A DNA stretch of 64,000 nucleotides from an uncultured bacterium (lineage in GTDB: Bacteria > Actinomycetota > Acidimicrobiia > Acidimicrobiales > VFJN01), in contig CAVQVM010000022.1 of the NCBI GenBank assembly GCA_963717085.1, positions 92,620 to 156,619 on the forward strand, given 5' to 3'. The notes beneath the pieces are model-generated. The model saw only the letters and a program-made list of their open reading frames with translations. It was not told where the DNA came from and ran no database searches. This document shows positions 1 to 8,796 of this stretch, one piece after another. The translations under genes and the position numbers were made by a program. Every line of letters starts with the position of its first letter. Position 1 is the stretch's first letter.

Positions 1-640
1 GCTCCGCGAGGGCGAGACGCTCACACTGCACGTCTCGCTGGGCGCGCCACTCGTGCCGGTCCCGCAGGACCTCGTCGGTCTGAGCCAGGAGGACGCCGAG
101 GACCAGCTCGCCACCGCCGGTCTCCAGGCCGATGTCCAGCGGCAGCCGAGCGACGAGGTCGACGCCGGCATCGTGATGGGGCTCGGTGAGGACGTGGCGG
201 ACCAGATGCCCAGGGGTTCGTCGGTGCCGCTGATCGTGTCGTCGGGGCCCGACGAGCCCGAGATCCCCGACCTCGAGGGCGAGAACTACCGGGATGCGGT
301 GGCGGAGCTGGAGTCGCTGGGCCTCGAGGTCGAGCTCGACTTCCGGCGGGCGAGGGGCGGCCGGGATGAGGGCGAGGTCATTCGCACCGACCCCGGTGAG
401 GGCGAGGAAGTGGATCAGGGATCGACGGTGGTGGTCGTCGTCGCCGGCGGCCGGGTTACCGTGCCCGACGTCGAGGGCGCCACGCTCGAGGACGCCCGGG
501 CGACGCTCGAGGACGCGGACCTGAGCGTCGGCATGGTCTTCGGCCCCGGTGATGGTCGGGTGCAGGAAACCGTGCCGCTCATCGACACCGAGGTCGAACC
601 GGGCGCGGCCATCGACCTGGTCATGATCCCGGATGGGTGA
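1..640 (+). CDS. C-terminal part of a PASTA-repeat protein (PknB-like Ser/Thr kinase extracellular region); 5' end lies outside the window
   Basis: Frame is open from the window edge to the stop at 638-640. Contains repeated ~65-aa units with the PASTA pattern (VPD..G....A...L...GL......G.V..T.P..G). The kinase domain itself is not visible. Confidence 0.6.
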   Translation, partial: LREGETLTLHVSLGAPLVPVPQDLVGLSQEDAEDQLATAGLQADVQRQPSDEVDAGIVMGLGEDVADQMPRGSSVPLIVSSGPDEPEIPDLEGENYRDAVAELESLGLEVELDFRRARGGRDEGEVIRTDPGEGEEVDQGSTVVVVVAGGRVTVPDVEGATLEDARATLEDADLSVGMVFGPGDGRVQETVPLIDTEVEPGAAIDLVMIPDG

Positions 641-922
641 CATTCACACGAAACCGCAACGAACCAGACGAGAACTGGGCCTTGACCTGAGGCTCCGGTT
701 GGGGGACGCTTCCACTGATGGGAGCCCCCCTCCCGTCTCGGGCCGTCTATCCCCGGCTCAAGCATCGATTCAGACTTGAAGGTTTTTCTGGCTACCTTCT
801 GGTTGCCAGGCGCTAGCAGCGAGTACAATCCCAACTACAGAGCGTGCCGGGCCCGTTGGGGCGGTATGCCGGACGCGGTGTTCCCCAGCCGCCGCGATGA
901 GGCTGCCGCCCCAGCCGGCTCG

Positions 923-945
923 GCACCCTCCGTTTTCGGGGGTGC
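923..945. terminator. GC-rich hairpin just 3' of the SCP2 gene stop, between convergent genes
   Basis: GCACCCTC / GGGGGTGC 8-bp stem (one G-U) with a CGTTTTC loop. No clean U-tract follows on either strand. Confidence 0.35.
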
Positions 946-947
946 TG

Positions 948-1340
948 CTACTCGGTGATCGCCTGGATCTTGGCGGTCAGGTCAGGGTTGGGGGGACCCG
1001 ACTGGAGGGCCATGGCCTTGGTCATGTCGCCCTGGAGCTTGATCTTGCCCGCCATGAAGGCCTGCATGCCGGCCTGGGGGTTGGCGTCGACCATCATCGC
1101 CTTTGCGGTGTCGTAGTCGAGGGTGGCGGTGACGTCGGCGGCGTCGAGAAGACCCAGCTCGAGCTCGACCGAGCCGCTCGTCGTGTCCATGTGTGCCTCG
1201 ACCGTGCCCTCGCCGAACGGGACCTCGGTGATGACGAGGTTCATCTTCACGGGCTGGGGGGCGGTCGTCGGCGCGTCCACCTCTTCCCGGATCGTCCGGG
1301 CCGCGTCCACCCACTCATCCGTCAGGAACTTGTAAGGCAC
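948..1340 (-). CDS. SCP2 sterol-binding-domain protein
   Basis: 130 aa. C-terminal MQAFMAGKIKLQGDMTKAMALQ is typical of the SCP2 fold. Confidence 0.65.
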   Translation of the reverse strand: MPYKFLTDEWVDAARTIREEVDAPTTAPQPVKMNLVITEVPFGEGTVEAHMDTTSGSVELELGLLDAADVTATLDYDTAKAMMVDANPQAGMQAFMAGKIKLQGDMTKAMALQSGPPNPDLTAKIQAITE

Positions 1341-1432
1341 GAGGCGATCCTCCCTGGTCGGCTCGAAAGCTGCCGCATGCTAGCGCGGGTGTTTGCAGCG
1401 GTCGTGCAAGCGTCGGGCGCGCCAGGCGCCGC

Positions 1433-1792
1433 TCAGTTGCCGTCGGCCGCCGTGGTCGTGGTGGTCTCCGACTCGCCGTCCTGGCCCCCCGACTCCGACG
1501 CGTCGGAGCCCGGAACGGTTTCGCCGGTGCAGTCCTCGATGATGGAGTCGACGGTCGGCTTGGTGCCCGACGGGAAGTCGTCGGGGTTGTCGGCGGCGGC
1601 GAGATCGTTCATCTGGTCCTGGTCGAACGCGTTCTCGAACTGCTGCCCCATGCACTCGGCCTGGTCCCGGTCGAGTCCGGCGTCGGACATGGCGTCGACC
1701 ACGTCGCCGGCGTCGGCGTCGTTGTTGGTGCACGCCGAGAGCGACAATGCGGCGACGGCGGCGAGCGCGGCTAGGCCTCGACTACGGATCAT
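1433..1792 (-). CDS. Small acidic lipoprotein, function unknown
   Basis: N-terminal signal peptide with lipobox (AALSLSAC). Acidic mature part. Confidence 0.5.
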   Translation of the reverse strand: MIRSRGLAALAAVAALSLSACTNNDADAGDVVDAMSDAGLDRDQAECMGQQFENAFDQDQMNDLAAADNPDDFPSGTKPTVDSIIEDCTGETVPGSDASESGGQDGESETTTTTAADGN

Positions 1793-1889
1793 GGAGGGCG
1801 GGACCTCGTGCTAGCGGAATGACCGGTCAAGGCTAGCCATGGCCGCCCCGTGGGGCACATTGGCGGCGGCTTCGATCGACCGGCTTCGA

Positions 1890-2585
1890 TCAGACGGTGG
1901 CCGCCGGCGCGTCGGCACGATTGCGCAGCGCCGACAGTGATGCCCGGGCGGTCCGCTCGTCGGCCGCCAGCATCCGAGCGACGAGGCGGGCGACGTACCC
2001 CGACAGCTCGTCGAGGGAGAGCTCCACCCGGTGCGTGCGGTGGAAGTGGCCGAACTGGCCGACGGTCCCCACGACCGACAGCGCCAAGAGCTCGGCGGGG
2101 TCGTCGTCGGTCACGGTGCCGTCGCGTTGGCCGCCCACGATGAGGGCGCTCACGTCACGAACGTGCTGCTCGGTCCCCTGGCGTAGCACGTCCGACACTG
2201 TGTGCCCCTCGACCTCGAGCAGCGAGAAGAACGGTGCGTTCTCGGCCATGAAGTGGACGCTGGCCACGGATCCCTGCAGCAGCCGGGTCAGCGCCGGTGC
2301 GCTGTCGTCCATGGCCGCGGCCTGCTGGCGGCGGAGGCGGCGCCGCATCTCCGCGGCCAGCTCGCGGAACAGGGCCTCCTTGTTCTCGAAGTACCAGTAG
2401 AAGAGGCCCTTGGCAACACCCGCGGCGTCGACGATGTCGACCACGCGCGTCGAGGCGTAGCCCTGCTCGGCAAAGAGGCGGGCGGCCGCGTCGAGCAGCT
2501 GCTGCTTGCGCTCGGCGCCTTGGGTGGTGAGCTGGCGGTCGGACATCGCGAGCGACAGTGTTGCGAGCCTTGACCCAGGGGTCAA
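1890..2585 (-). CDS. TetR family transcriptional regulator
   Basis: N-terminal HTH: LLDAAARLFAEQGYASTRVVDIVDAAGVAKGLFYWYFENKEALF. The true start may be the internal Met at 2546. Confidence 0.8.
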   Translation of the reverse strand: MTPGSRLATLSLAMSDRQLTTQGAERKQQLLDAAARLFAEQGYASTRVVDIVDAAGVAKGLFYWYFENKEALFRELAAEMRRRLRRQQAAAMDDSAPALTRLLQGSVASVHFMAENAPFFSLLEVEGHTVSDVLRQGTEQHVRDVSALIVGGQRDGTVTDDDPAELLALSVVGTVGQFGHFHRTHRVELSLDELSGYVARLVARMLAADERTARASLSALRNRADAPAATV

Positions 2586-2664
2586 TCCAGCCCGACCCCA
2601 TCTGCCGCCCCCGTGACGGCGTCAGCCTGACGACCGGCGCCGTGCCGCCTTAGGGTCTGGAGCC

Positions 2665-3435
2665 ATGGCCACCATGCCGGACGGCAAGGAGATCATCCCC
2701 GGGTGCGAGCCGTGGTCGGCGTCGGGCGGACCTCACGGGGCGCTCGTCATCCACGGCTTCACCGGCAATCCGCAGTCCCTGCGGGGACTGGCGGAGGCTT
2801 TGCACGGCGCCGGGTACACGGTCGAGTTGCCGCTGCTGCCCGGGCACGGCACGTCGGTCGACGACCTGATCGACACTGGCTGGGCCGACTGGTCCGCCGC
2901 CGTCGAGGCGGCGTACGAGGGCCTGGCGGCGCGGGTGGACAAGGTGGTCGTGGCCGGCCTGTCAATGGGCGGAGGGCTCGCCCTCTGGCTGGCGGCACGT
3001 CACCCCGAGATCGTGGGCGTGGTCTGCGTCAATCCCGCCGTGGAGATCGACGCCGAGATGGTCGACGGGATCCGCCAGATGGTCGACGGCGGTGTCGACC
3101 GAATCCCCGCCATCGGCGGTGACGTGGCCGACCCGGCCGAGCGGGAGAAGGCGTACGACGCCACGCCTCTGCGCCCGCTGCTCAGCCTCGCCGACGCCGC
3201 CGCCGACACGGTCGACGACCTGGCCAAGATCACCTGTCCGGTGCTGCTCCTAACCAGCCGGCAGGACCACGTAGTCGACCCCCACAACAGCGACATCGTG
3301 GCCGAGCGGGTCTCGGGCCCCGTCGAGCGGATCAGCCTCGAACGCAGCTACCACGTCGCCACGCTCGACTACGACAAGGACCTCATCTTCGAGCGGGCGG
3401 TGGAGTTCGCAGGGCGGGTCACCGGGCCCGGCTGA
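2665..3435 (+). CDS. Alpha/beta hydrolase (carboxylesterase / lysophospholipase-like)
   Basis: HGFTGNP oxyanion region and GLSMGG nucleophile elbow; 256 aa. Confidence 0.75.
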   Translation: MATMPDGKEIIPGCEPWSASGGPHGALVIHGFTGNPQSLRGLAEALHGAGYTVELPLLPGHGTSVDDLIDTGWADWSAAVEAAYEGLAARVDKVVVAGLSMGGGLALWLAARHPEIVGVVCVNPAVEIDAEMVDGIRQMVDGGVDRIPAIGGDVADPAEREKAYDATPLRPLLSLADAAADTVDDLAKITCPVLLLTSRQDHVVDPHNSDIVAERVSGPVERISLERSYHVATLDYDKDLIFERAVEFAGRVTGPG

Positions 3436-3727
3436 AGTCCGTGTCTCGGTAGGGTTGAAACCCAACCATTTCACGACACGGAAACCGGCATGTTCGGCCG
3501 CGGGCGATCACCTCCTGGCGGGCCGCGGACGCAACGGCCCAAGCTTGGTCAGACGACGACGTCCGCCCGCCGCCGCCCCCGCCTCCGCGGCCACCCCGCA
3601 CCCCCGTTACTCGCGGACCAAGGTCTCGCCACCTGAGCCGCGGAACCCTTCACGGGTTCCGGCGGGGCCCGCCTACCATCCGCCCCTGATCGCGTCGGTC
3701 TGCGACCGACCCTCTACTCTCCTGAGC

Positions 3728-4027
3728 ATGGCGCAGATCACCCGTGACGAGGTCGCGCACGTGGCGCGGCTGGCCCGCCTGCTGCTCACCGACGAGGAGA
3801 TCGACACGTTCACCGAGCAGCTCGGCAAGGTCCTCGACCACGCCCGCGACGTCGAGGCGCTCGACGTGGCCGACGTCCCCCCGACTGCGCATCCCTACCC
3901 GCTCGTCAATGTCGTGCGCCCGGACGAGGAGCTTCCGTGCCTCGACCGCGAGGCCGTCCTGGCCGGCGCGCCCGACACCGAGGACGGCCGGTTCCGCGTC
4001 CCGCCGGTGCTGGGGGAGGCCCCATGA
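3728..4027 (+). CDS. gatC: Asp/Glu-tRNA(Asn/Gln) amidotransferase subunit C
   Basis: [25 protein letters not shown] is a typical GatC N-terminus. The stop overlaps the gatA ATG (ATGA at 4024-4027). The track ORF 3455..4027 is over-extended at its 5' end. Confidence 0.9.
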   Translation: MAQITRDEVAHVARLARLLLTDEEIDTFTEQLGKVLDHARDVEALDVADVPPTAHPYPLVNVVRPDEELPCLDREAVLAGAPDTEDGRFRVPPVLGEAP

Positions 4028-5478
4028 CCCCGCCCTTGGGCGCGGCCCTCGACATCGCGGCCACCGTCCGCGCCGGCGAGCGCCCGGCGGCCGACGTCGT
4101 CGACGAGCACCTCGCCGCCATCGGGGCCCGCGAAGGCGAGATCCATGCCTTCAACCTGGTGCTGGCCGAGGAGGCGCGCCACGCAGCAGTCGCCATCGAC
4201 CGGCGCGTGGCGGCGGGCGAGGATCCGGGACCGCTCGCGGGCGTGCCGGTTGCGCTCAAGGACAACATCTGTACCGAGGGCATCCCCACCACCTGCTCGT
4301 CGCGCATCCTCGAGGGGTGGCGGCCGCCCTACGACGCCACCGTGGTCGAGCGGCTGGCCGATGCGGGGGCCATCGTCATCGGGAAGACCAACCTCGATGA
4401 GTTCGCCATGGGCAGCTCCACCGAGAACTCGGCGTTCGGTCCTACCCGCAACCCACACGACACGGGCAGGGTCCCGGGCGGGTCATCGGGGGGCTCGGCG
4501 GCTGCGGTCGCCGCCGGCTTCGCCGGACTGGGGCTGGGGTCCGACACCGGCGGTTCGATCCGCCAGCCGGCGGCGCTGTGCGGGGTCGTGGGCATGAAGC
4601 CCACCTACGGCCGGGTGTCCCGCTACGGCCTGGTGGCGTTCGCCAGCTCGCTCGACCAGATCGGACCGCTCAGCCGCACCGTCGCCGATGCCGCCGCGCT
4701 CTACCAGGCCATCGCCGGGCACGACCCGCGCGACGCCACCTCGATCCCCGAGCCGGTGCCGGACGTGATTGCCGGCCTGGCCGAGGGTGTCGCCGGGATG
4801 CGGGTCGGAGTCGTGACCGAGCTGTGCGAGGCGGAGGGCATCCAGCCGGATGTGATTGCCCGGGTGCGGCAGGCGATCGACGCCCTGGAGGGGGCAGGGG
4901 CCAAGGTCGAGGAGGTCTCCGTGCCCGCCGTCGTCTACGGACTGACGGCCTACTACCTGATCAACCCCGCCGAGGCGTCGAGCAACCTGGCCCGGTACGA
5001 CGGGGTGCGCTACGGGCTCCGCGTGGACGCGCCCACGACCGGCGAGATGTACGACCGCACCCGCACGGCCGGCTTCGGGGCCGAGGTCGAGCGCCGCATC
5101 ATGCTCGGCACGTACGCGCTGTCTGCCGGCTACTACGACGCCTTCTATGGCAAGGCGCAGCGGGTGCGGACGCTCATCATCCGTGACCTCGATGCCGCCT
5201 ACGAGCGCTTCGACGTGCTGGTCGGTCCCACCGCGCCGTCGACCGCCTTCCCGTTCGGAGCGAAGACCGCCGACCCGTTGACCATGTACCTGAACGACGT
5301 GTGCACGATCCCCTCGAACCTCTCGGGCCACCCCGCCATCTCGATCCCGTTCGGCACCGGCGACGACGGGCTGCCGGTCGGGGTGCAGGTGATGGCGCCG
5401 GCACTGGGCGAGGCGGCGATGTTCCGCGCCGCGGCGGCGGTCGAGGCGGCGGCGCCGTGGGGGGAGGACGAGGCGTGA
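4024..5478 (+). CDS. gatA: Asp/Glu-tRNA amidotransferase subunit A
   Basis: Amidase signature [12 protein letters not shown]; the KDNI...T.CSS region; sits between gatC and gatB. Confidence 0.95.
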   Translation: MTPPLGAALDIAATVRAGERPAADVVDEHLAAIGAREGEIHAFNLVLAEEARHAAVAIDRRVAAGEDPGPLAGVPVALKDNICTEGIPTTCSSRILEGWRPPYDATVVERLADAGAIVIGKTNLDEFAMGSSTENSAFGPTRNPHDTGRVPGGSSGGSAAAVAAGFAGLGLGSDTGGSIRQPAALCGVVGMKPTYGRVSRYGLVAFASSLDQIGPLSRTVADAAALYQAIAGHDPRDATSIPEPVPDVIAGLAEGVAGMRVGVVTELCEAEGIQPDVIARVRQAIDALEGAGAKVEEVSVPAVVYGLTAYYLINPAEASSNLARYDGVRYGLRVDAPTTGEMYDRTRTAGFGAEVERRIMLGTYALSAGYYDAFYGKAQRVRTLIIRDLDAAYERFDVLVGPTAPSTAFPFGAKTADPLTMYLNDVCTIPSNLSGHPAISIPFGTGDDGLPVGVQVMAPALGEAAMFRAAAAVEAAAPWGEDEA

Positions 5479-6926
5479 GCACCACCACCAGCACGACCGC
5501 TACCGCCACGGCGTGGGAGACCGTCATCGGGCTCGAGGTCCACGTGGAGCTCGCCACCCGGACGAAGCTGTTCTGCGGATGCCCCAACCGGTTCGGCGAC
5601 GAGCCCAACACCAACGTGTGCCCGGTGTGTCTCGGCCTCCCGGGTTCCTTGCCCGTCCTCAACGAGCAGGCGGTCACCCTGGCGATGCGGCTCGGTCGCG
5701 CCCTGCGCTGCGAGGTGCGCCGGTCGATCTTCGCCCGGAAGAACTACTTCTATCCGGACATGCCGAAGAACTACCAGATCAGCCAGTACGACCTGCCCAT
5801 CAACGTCGAAGGCCGGCTCGAGCTGCCGCGTTCCGGCTCGATCGTTGGGATCGAGCGGGCGCACATCGAGGAGGACACCGGCAAGTCCACACACGTCGGC
5901 GGCGGGGGTCGCATCCACGACGCCGGCTACAGCCTCGTCGACTACAACCGCGCCGGCGTCCCGCTGCTCGAGATCGTGTCCAAGCCCGACCTGCGCTCGG
6001 CCGAGGATGCCCGGGCCTACGTGTCCGAGCTCCGCGCCATCCTGCTCGCCACCGGCGCGTCCGACGCCAAGATGGAGGAAGGGTCCCTGCGCGTCGACGC
6101 CAACGTCTCCATCCATCGCCCCGGCGAGCCCTTCGGCACCCGCTGCGAGATCAAGAACCTCAACTCGCTCCGGTCGCTGGGCCGGGCCATCGAGTACGAG
6201 GCTCGGCGCCAGATCGAGCTCATCGAGTCCGGTGAGCCGGTCCGCCAGGAGACGCGCCATTGGAACGAGGACGAGGGCCGCACGGGCACGCTGCGCACCA
6301 AGGAGGAAGCGGAGGACTACCGCTACTTCCCGGAGCCCGACCTGGTCCCGCTCGACCCGAGCGACGAGTGGGTCGCGCGGGTCGAAGCCGAGCTGCCCGT
6401 CCTGCCCGCCGAACGCCGCACCGCGCTGGCCGGCGCGGCCGGGGTCGCGCCCAACGCTCCCGCCGTCGCCATCGCCGTCGAGCGCGGTCTCGACAGCCTC
6501 GCCCTCGCCGCCATCGCGGCGGGCGGTGACTCGGCGCGGGTGCTCACGCACGTGGAGCACAACCTCGCCGTCGAGGGGGCCGAGGCGTTGGACCCCTCCA
6601 ACCTGGCGGCGTTGGTGTCCATGGAGACCGCGGGCGAGCTCACGGCCACCCAGGCCAAGGACGTGCTGGCCGAGATGGTGGCCAGCGGTGACGATCCCGC
6701 CACCATCGCCAAGGCAAAGGGCTACGAGGCCATGGACGCCGACGTGCTCGTCGCAGCCGTCGACCAGGTCATCGCCGCCACCCCGGAGCAGTGGGCCCGC
6801 TTCGCGGAGGGCGAGGGCAAGCTCATGGGCTTCTTCGTCGGCGAGGTCATGAAGGCCACCAAGGGCCAGGCGGACGGCAAGGCAGTGACCGCCCTGCTGC
6901 GCCAGCGGGCGGAGGCTGGCGCCTGA
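5475..6926 (+). CDS. gatB: Asp/Glu-tRNA amidotransferase subunit B
   Basis: [13 protein letters not shown]...KLFCGC...[15 protein letters not shown] start overlaps the gatA stop (GTGA). C-terminal YqeY-like tail. Confidence 0.95.
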   Translation: MSTTTSTTATATAWETVIGLEVHVELATRTKLFCGCPNRFGDEPNTNVCPVCLGLPGSLPVLNEQAVTLAMRLGRALRCEVRRSIFARKNYFYPDMPKNYQISQYDLPINVEGRLELPRSGSIVGIERAHIEEDTGKSTHVGGGGRIHDAGYSLVDYNRAGVPLLEIVSKPDLRSAEDARAYVSELRAILLATGASDAKMEEGSLRVDANVSIHRPGEPFGTRCEIKNLNSLRSLGRAIEYEARRQIELIESGEPVRQETRHWNEDEGRTGTLRTKEEAEDYRYFPEPDLVPLDPSDEWVARVEAELPVLPAERRTALAGAAGVAPNAPAVAIAVERGLDSLALAAIAAGGDSARVLTHVEHNLAVEGAEALDPSNLAALVSMETAGELTATQAKDVLAEMVASGDDPATIAKAKGYEAMDADVLVAAVDQVIAATPEQWARFAEGEGKLMGFFVGEVMKATKGQADGKAVTALLRQRAEAGA

Positions 6927-6938
6927 CGACGACGGGCT

Positions 6939-7035
6939 GAGGCGATAGCGAACGCAGCGAGGCGCGTGAGGCAATTGCGAACGGGTTCCGTTCGGCATCG
7001 CCTCTGACTTCACAGGCCGTTACCTATTGCCTCGG
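6939..7035. repeat. 97-bp four-arm palindromic element, copy 1 (family A)
   Basis: Arms: GAGGCGATAGCGAACG (6939), GAGGCAATTGCGAACGG (6968), CCGTTCGGCATCGCCTC (6988), CCGTTACCTATTGCCTCGG (7017). Same architecture and spacing as the copies at 25308 and 41309. Confidence 0.85.
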
Positions 7036-8337
7036 CATGTGCGGGCCGCACGCGCGAGTCTGCCGCTCGTGACCTGGCAGGCGAGGCTGATCGAGCCCGA
7101 CGAGCTGCAGGCCAGCATCGACCTCACCGCGCTGGCGTTCGCCGTGGGCCCGCGGGCGACCGAGAACTACCGCAGGCAGGCCGGACTGGTGACGGAGCCG
7201 GACCGGGTGTTCGTGGTCAACGACGGCGATGTGCTCGCCGGCACCGCGGCCAGCTTCTCGATGGCGGTCGCGCTCCCCGGTGGCGGGACGCTGCCGCTCG
7301 CCGGCGTGGCCGAGGTGGGCGTGTCGCCCATCTACCGGCGGCGGGGGATCCTGCGCACGCTCATGGAGGCGGTACACGATCAGGCCCTCGACCGCGGCGA
7401 GCCGATCGCCGGGCTGACGGCAAGCGAGGGCGCGATCTACCGGCGCTTCGGCTACGGCGTGGCCACGCGGTTCCAGTCGCTCTCCATCGACCGGCCCGGC
7501 GCCGCCGAGATCGAGTCGCCGGCCGCGGACGGCGCCGACCCCACGGCGGCCGACGGCGCGAGCAGGATCCGTCTGCTGTCCGACGCCGAGGCCCACCCGG
7601 TGCTGCCGGCGGTGTGGGACCGGTACTGGCGCCAGATGCCGGGCGAGGTGGCGCGACCGGCGGGCTGGTGGGACATGCTGGCGCTGGACCCCGAGGAGGA
7701 CCGTGACGGGGCCAGTGCCCGCTTCGTCGCCGTGCACGACGACGTCACCGGGGTTCCCGACGGATTCGTCACCTATCGGATCAAGCAGGGCTGGGGCAGC
7801 GGGCGTCCCCTGCCCCACGAGCTGAGCGTCGAGTCCATCGTCGCGGTCGACGACGGCATCGTGGCTGCGCTGCTGCGCTTCGTGCTGGGCGTCGATCTCG
7901 TCGGCACCGTCGAATGGTCCGCGGCGCCGCTCGACCTGCCGTTCCGCTGGGGCCTCGCCAATCCGCGGGCCGCGCGGGTGACGCGGGAGCTCGATCACCT
8001 GTGGTTGAGGCCGTTCGACGTCCAGGCGTGCCTCGCGGGCCGCCGCTATGCGGTCGAGGGCGCGTGCGTGCTGGAGGTGATCGACCCGGTCCGCCCGGCG
8101 CTGGGCGGGAGGATCCGGCTCGAGGGCGGCCCCGACGGCGCGACCTGCCGGCGCAGCGACGCAGAGCCCGACCTGGTCGTCGGTGTCGCCGATCTTGGCG
8201 CCCTCCTGCTGGGCGGCGTGTCCTGGTCCACGCTCCATCGCGCGCGCCTGGTGGACGAGCGCACGCCGGGCGCCGTGACGCGTACCGACAGCATGTTCCG
8301 CGCCGACCGGGCGCCCTACTGCTCGACCGACTTCTGA
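7027..8337 (+). CDS. Eis-like GNAT N-acetyltransferase (GNAT plus C-terminal SCP2-like region)
   Basis: Acetyl-CoA motif VSPIYRRRGILRTLM; ~400-aa Eis/UPF0256-like length. The track start (TTG 7027) lies inside repeat A1, so the GTG at 7069 (VTWQARLIEPDEL) is a more likely start. Confidence 0.7.
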   Translation: MPRHVRAARASLPLVTWQARLIEPDELQASIDLTALAFAVGPRATENYRRQAGLVTEPDRVFVVNDGDVLAGTAASFSMAVALPGGGTLPLAGVAEVGVSPIYRRRGILRTLMEAVHDQALDRGEPIAGLTASEGAIYRRFGYGVATRFQSLSIDRPGAAEIESPAADGADPTAADGASRIRLLSDAEAHPVLPAVWDRYWRQMPGEVARPAGWWDMLALDPEEDRDGASARFVAVHDDVTGVPDGFVTYRIKQGWGSGRPLPHELSVESIVAVDDGIVAALLRFVLGVDLVGTVEWSAAPLDLPFRWGLANPRAARVTRELDHLWLRPFDVQACLAGRRYAVEGACVLEVIDPVRPALGGRIRLEGGPDGATCRRSDAEPDLVVGVADLGALLLGGVSWSTLHRARLVDERTPGAVTRTDSMFRADRAPYCSTDF

Positions 8338-8352
8338 GCCGCCGACGGCTTG

Positions 8353-8488
8353 GAGCGGCGCGGATGGGCATTGTGGCCTTGAATCACCGTGGTCAGCGTC
8401 GCCGGGAGGCCGAGCTGTGCGGCCTGGGCTATCACTGCAAATGCCGTACTGTTCGGTGCCCACTTGCGGGCCTATCCGCTCGGCCTCT
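8353..8488. repeat. ~130-bp structured element, copy 1 (family B)
   Basis: 8385-8488 aligns with 29970-30072 at about 85% identity by eye (CACCGTGGTCAGCG...GAGGCCGAGC...CTGCAAAT...GTGCCCAC.TGCGGGCCTATCCGCTCGGCCTCT). The 5' terminal repeat is degenerate in this copy. Confidence 0.8.
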
Positions 8489-8796
8489 CAACCGCCGGAC
8501 ACCGCCGGCATGACCGCCACCTCGACCCCCGCGGCCAACGGCGTGTCCTGCTCGGACAGGTCGCGGACGTTGTCGTTCCCCAGGAACAGGTTGACGTGCC
8601 GCCGCAGGCGGCGTTGCTCGTCGCGAATCCGCCGCTCGAGGTCGGGGTGCGTGACCGCCAGGTGGTCGAGCAGGCCGCGGACCGTCGGCCTGTCGCCGAG
8701 CTCCGTGAGGTCGACATCGACCGCCGAGCTCCCTCCCGTGCAGCTCCGCAGGCTCGCCGGCACCCGCAGGTGCACGGCGGCATCACCCGGGGTCAC
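8488..8796 (-). CDS. MoaD/ThiS-family ubiquitin-like small protein ending in Gly-Gly
   Basis: ~100 aa ending ...VAVMPAVSGG-stop. GTG start overlaps the stop of the upstream BNR gene (GTGA). An alternative GTG start is at 8775. Confidence 0.7.
   Translation of the reverse strand: MTPGDAAVHLRVPASLRSCTGGSSAVDVDLTELGDRPTVRGLLDHLAVTHPDLERRIRDEQRRLRRHVNLFLGNDNVRDLSEQDTPLAAGVEVAVMPAVSGG

Noticed and set aside
690-760. Calling a 6C-type small RNA from the C-rich hairpin loops.
   Set aside because: I could not reproduce the two-hairpin consensus convincingly by hand. It is kept only as a remark inside the sRNA-candidate finding.
3435-3728. ~290-nt non-coding stretch upstream of gatC as a T-box or other leader.
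   Set aside because: I saw no T-box specifier/antiterminator motif and no leader ORF with informative codons, only ordinary hairpins (for example GGAACCC-TTCAC-GGGTTCC).
5199-7013. 604-aa minus-strand ORF antisense to gatA/gatB. Similar long antisense or out-of-frame ORFs include 7024..8463-, 8835..10733+, 15535..17328-, 30429..32087-, 41584..43026+, 45693..47333-, 51086..52927- and 52560..54263-.
   Set aside because: Their translations are Arg/Gly/Pro/Ala/His-rich low-complexity sequence typical of non-coding frames in very GC-rich DNA. Each is fully covered by an opposite-strand or other-frame gene with clear family motifs.
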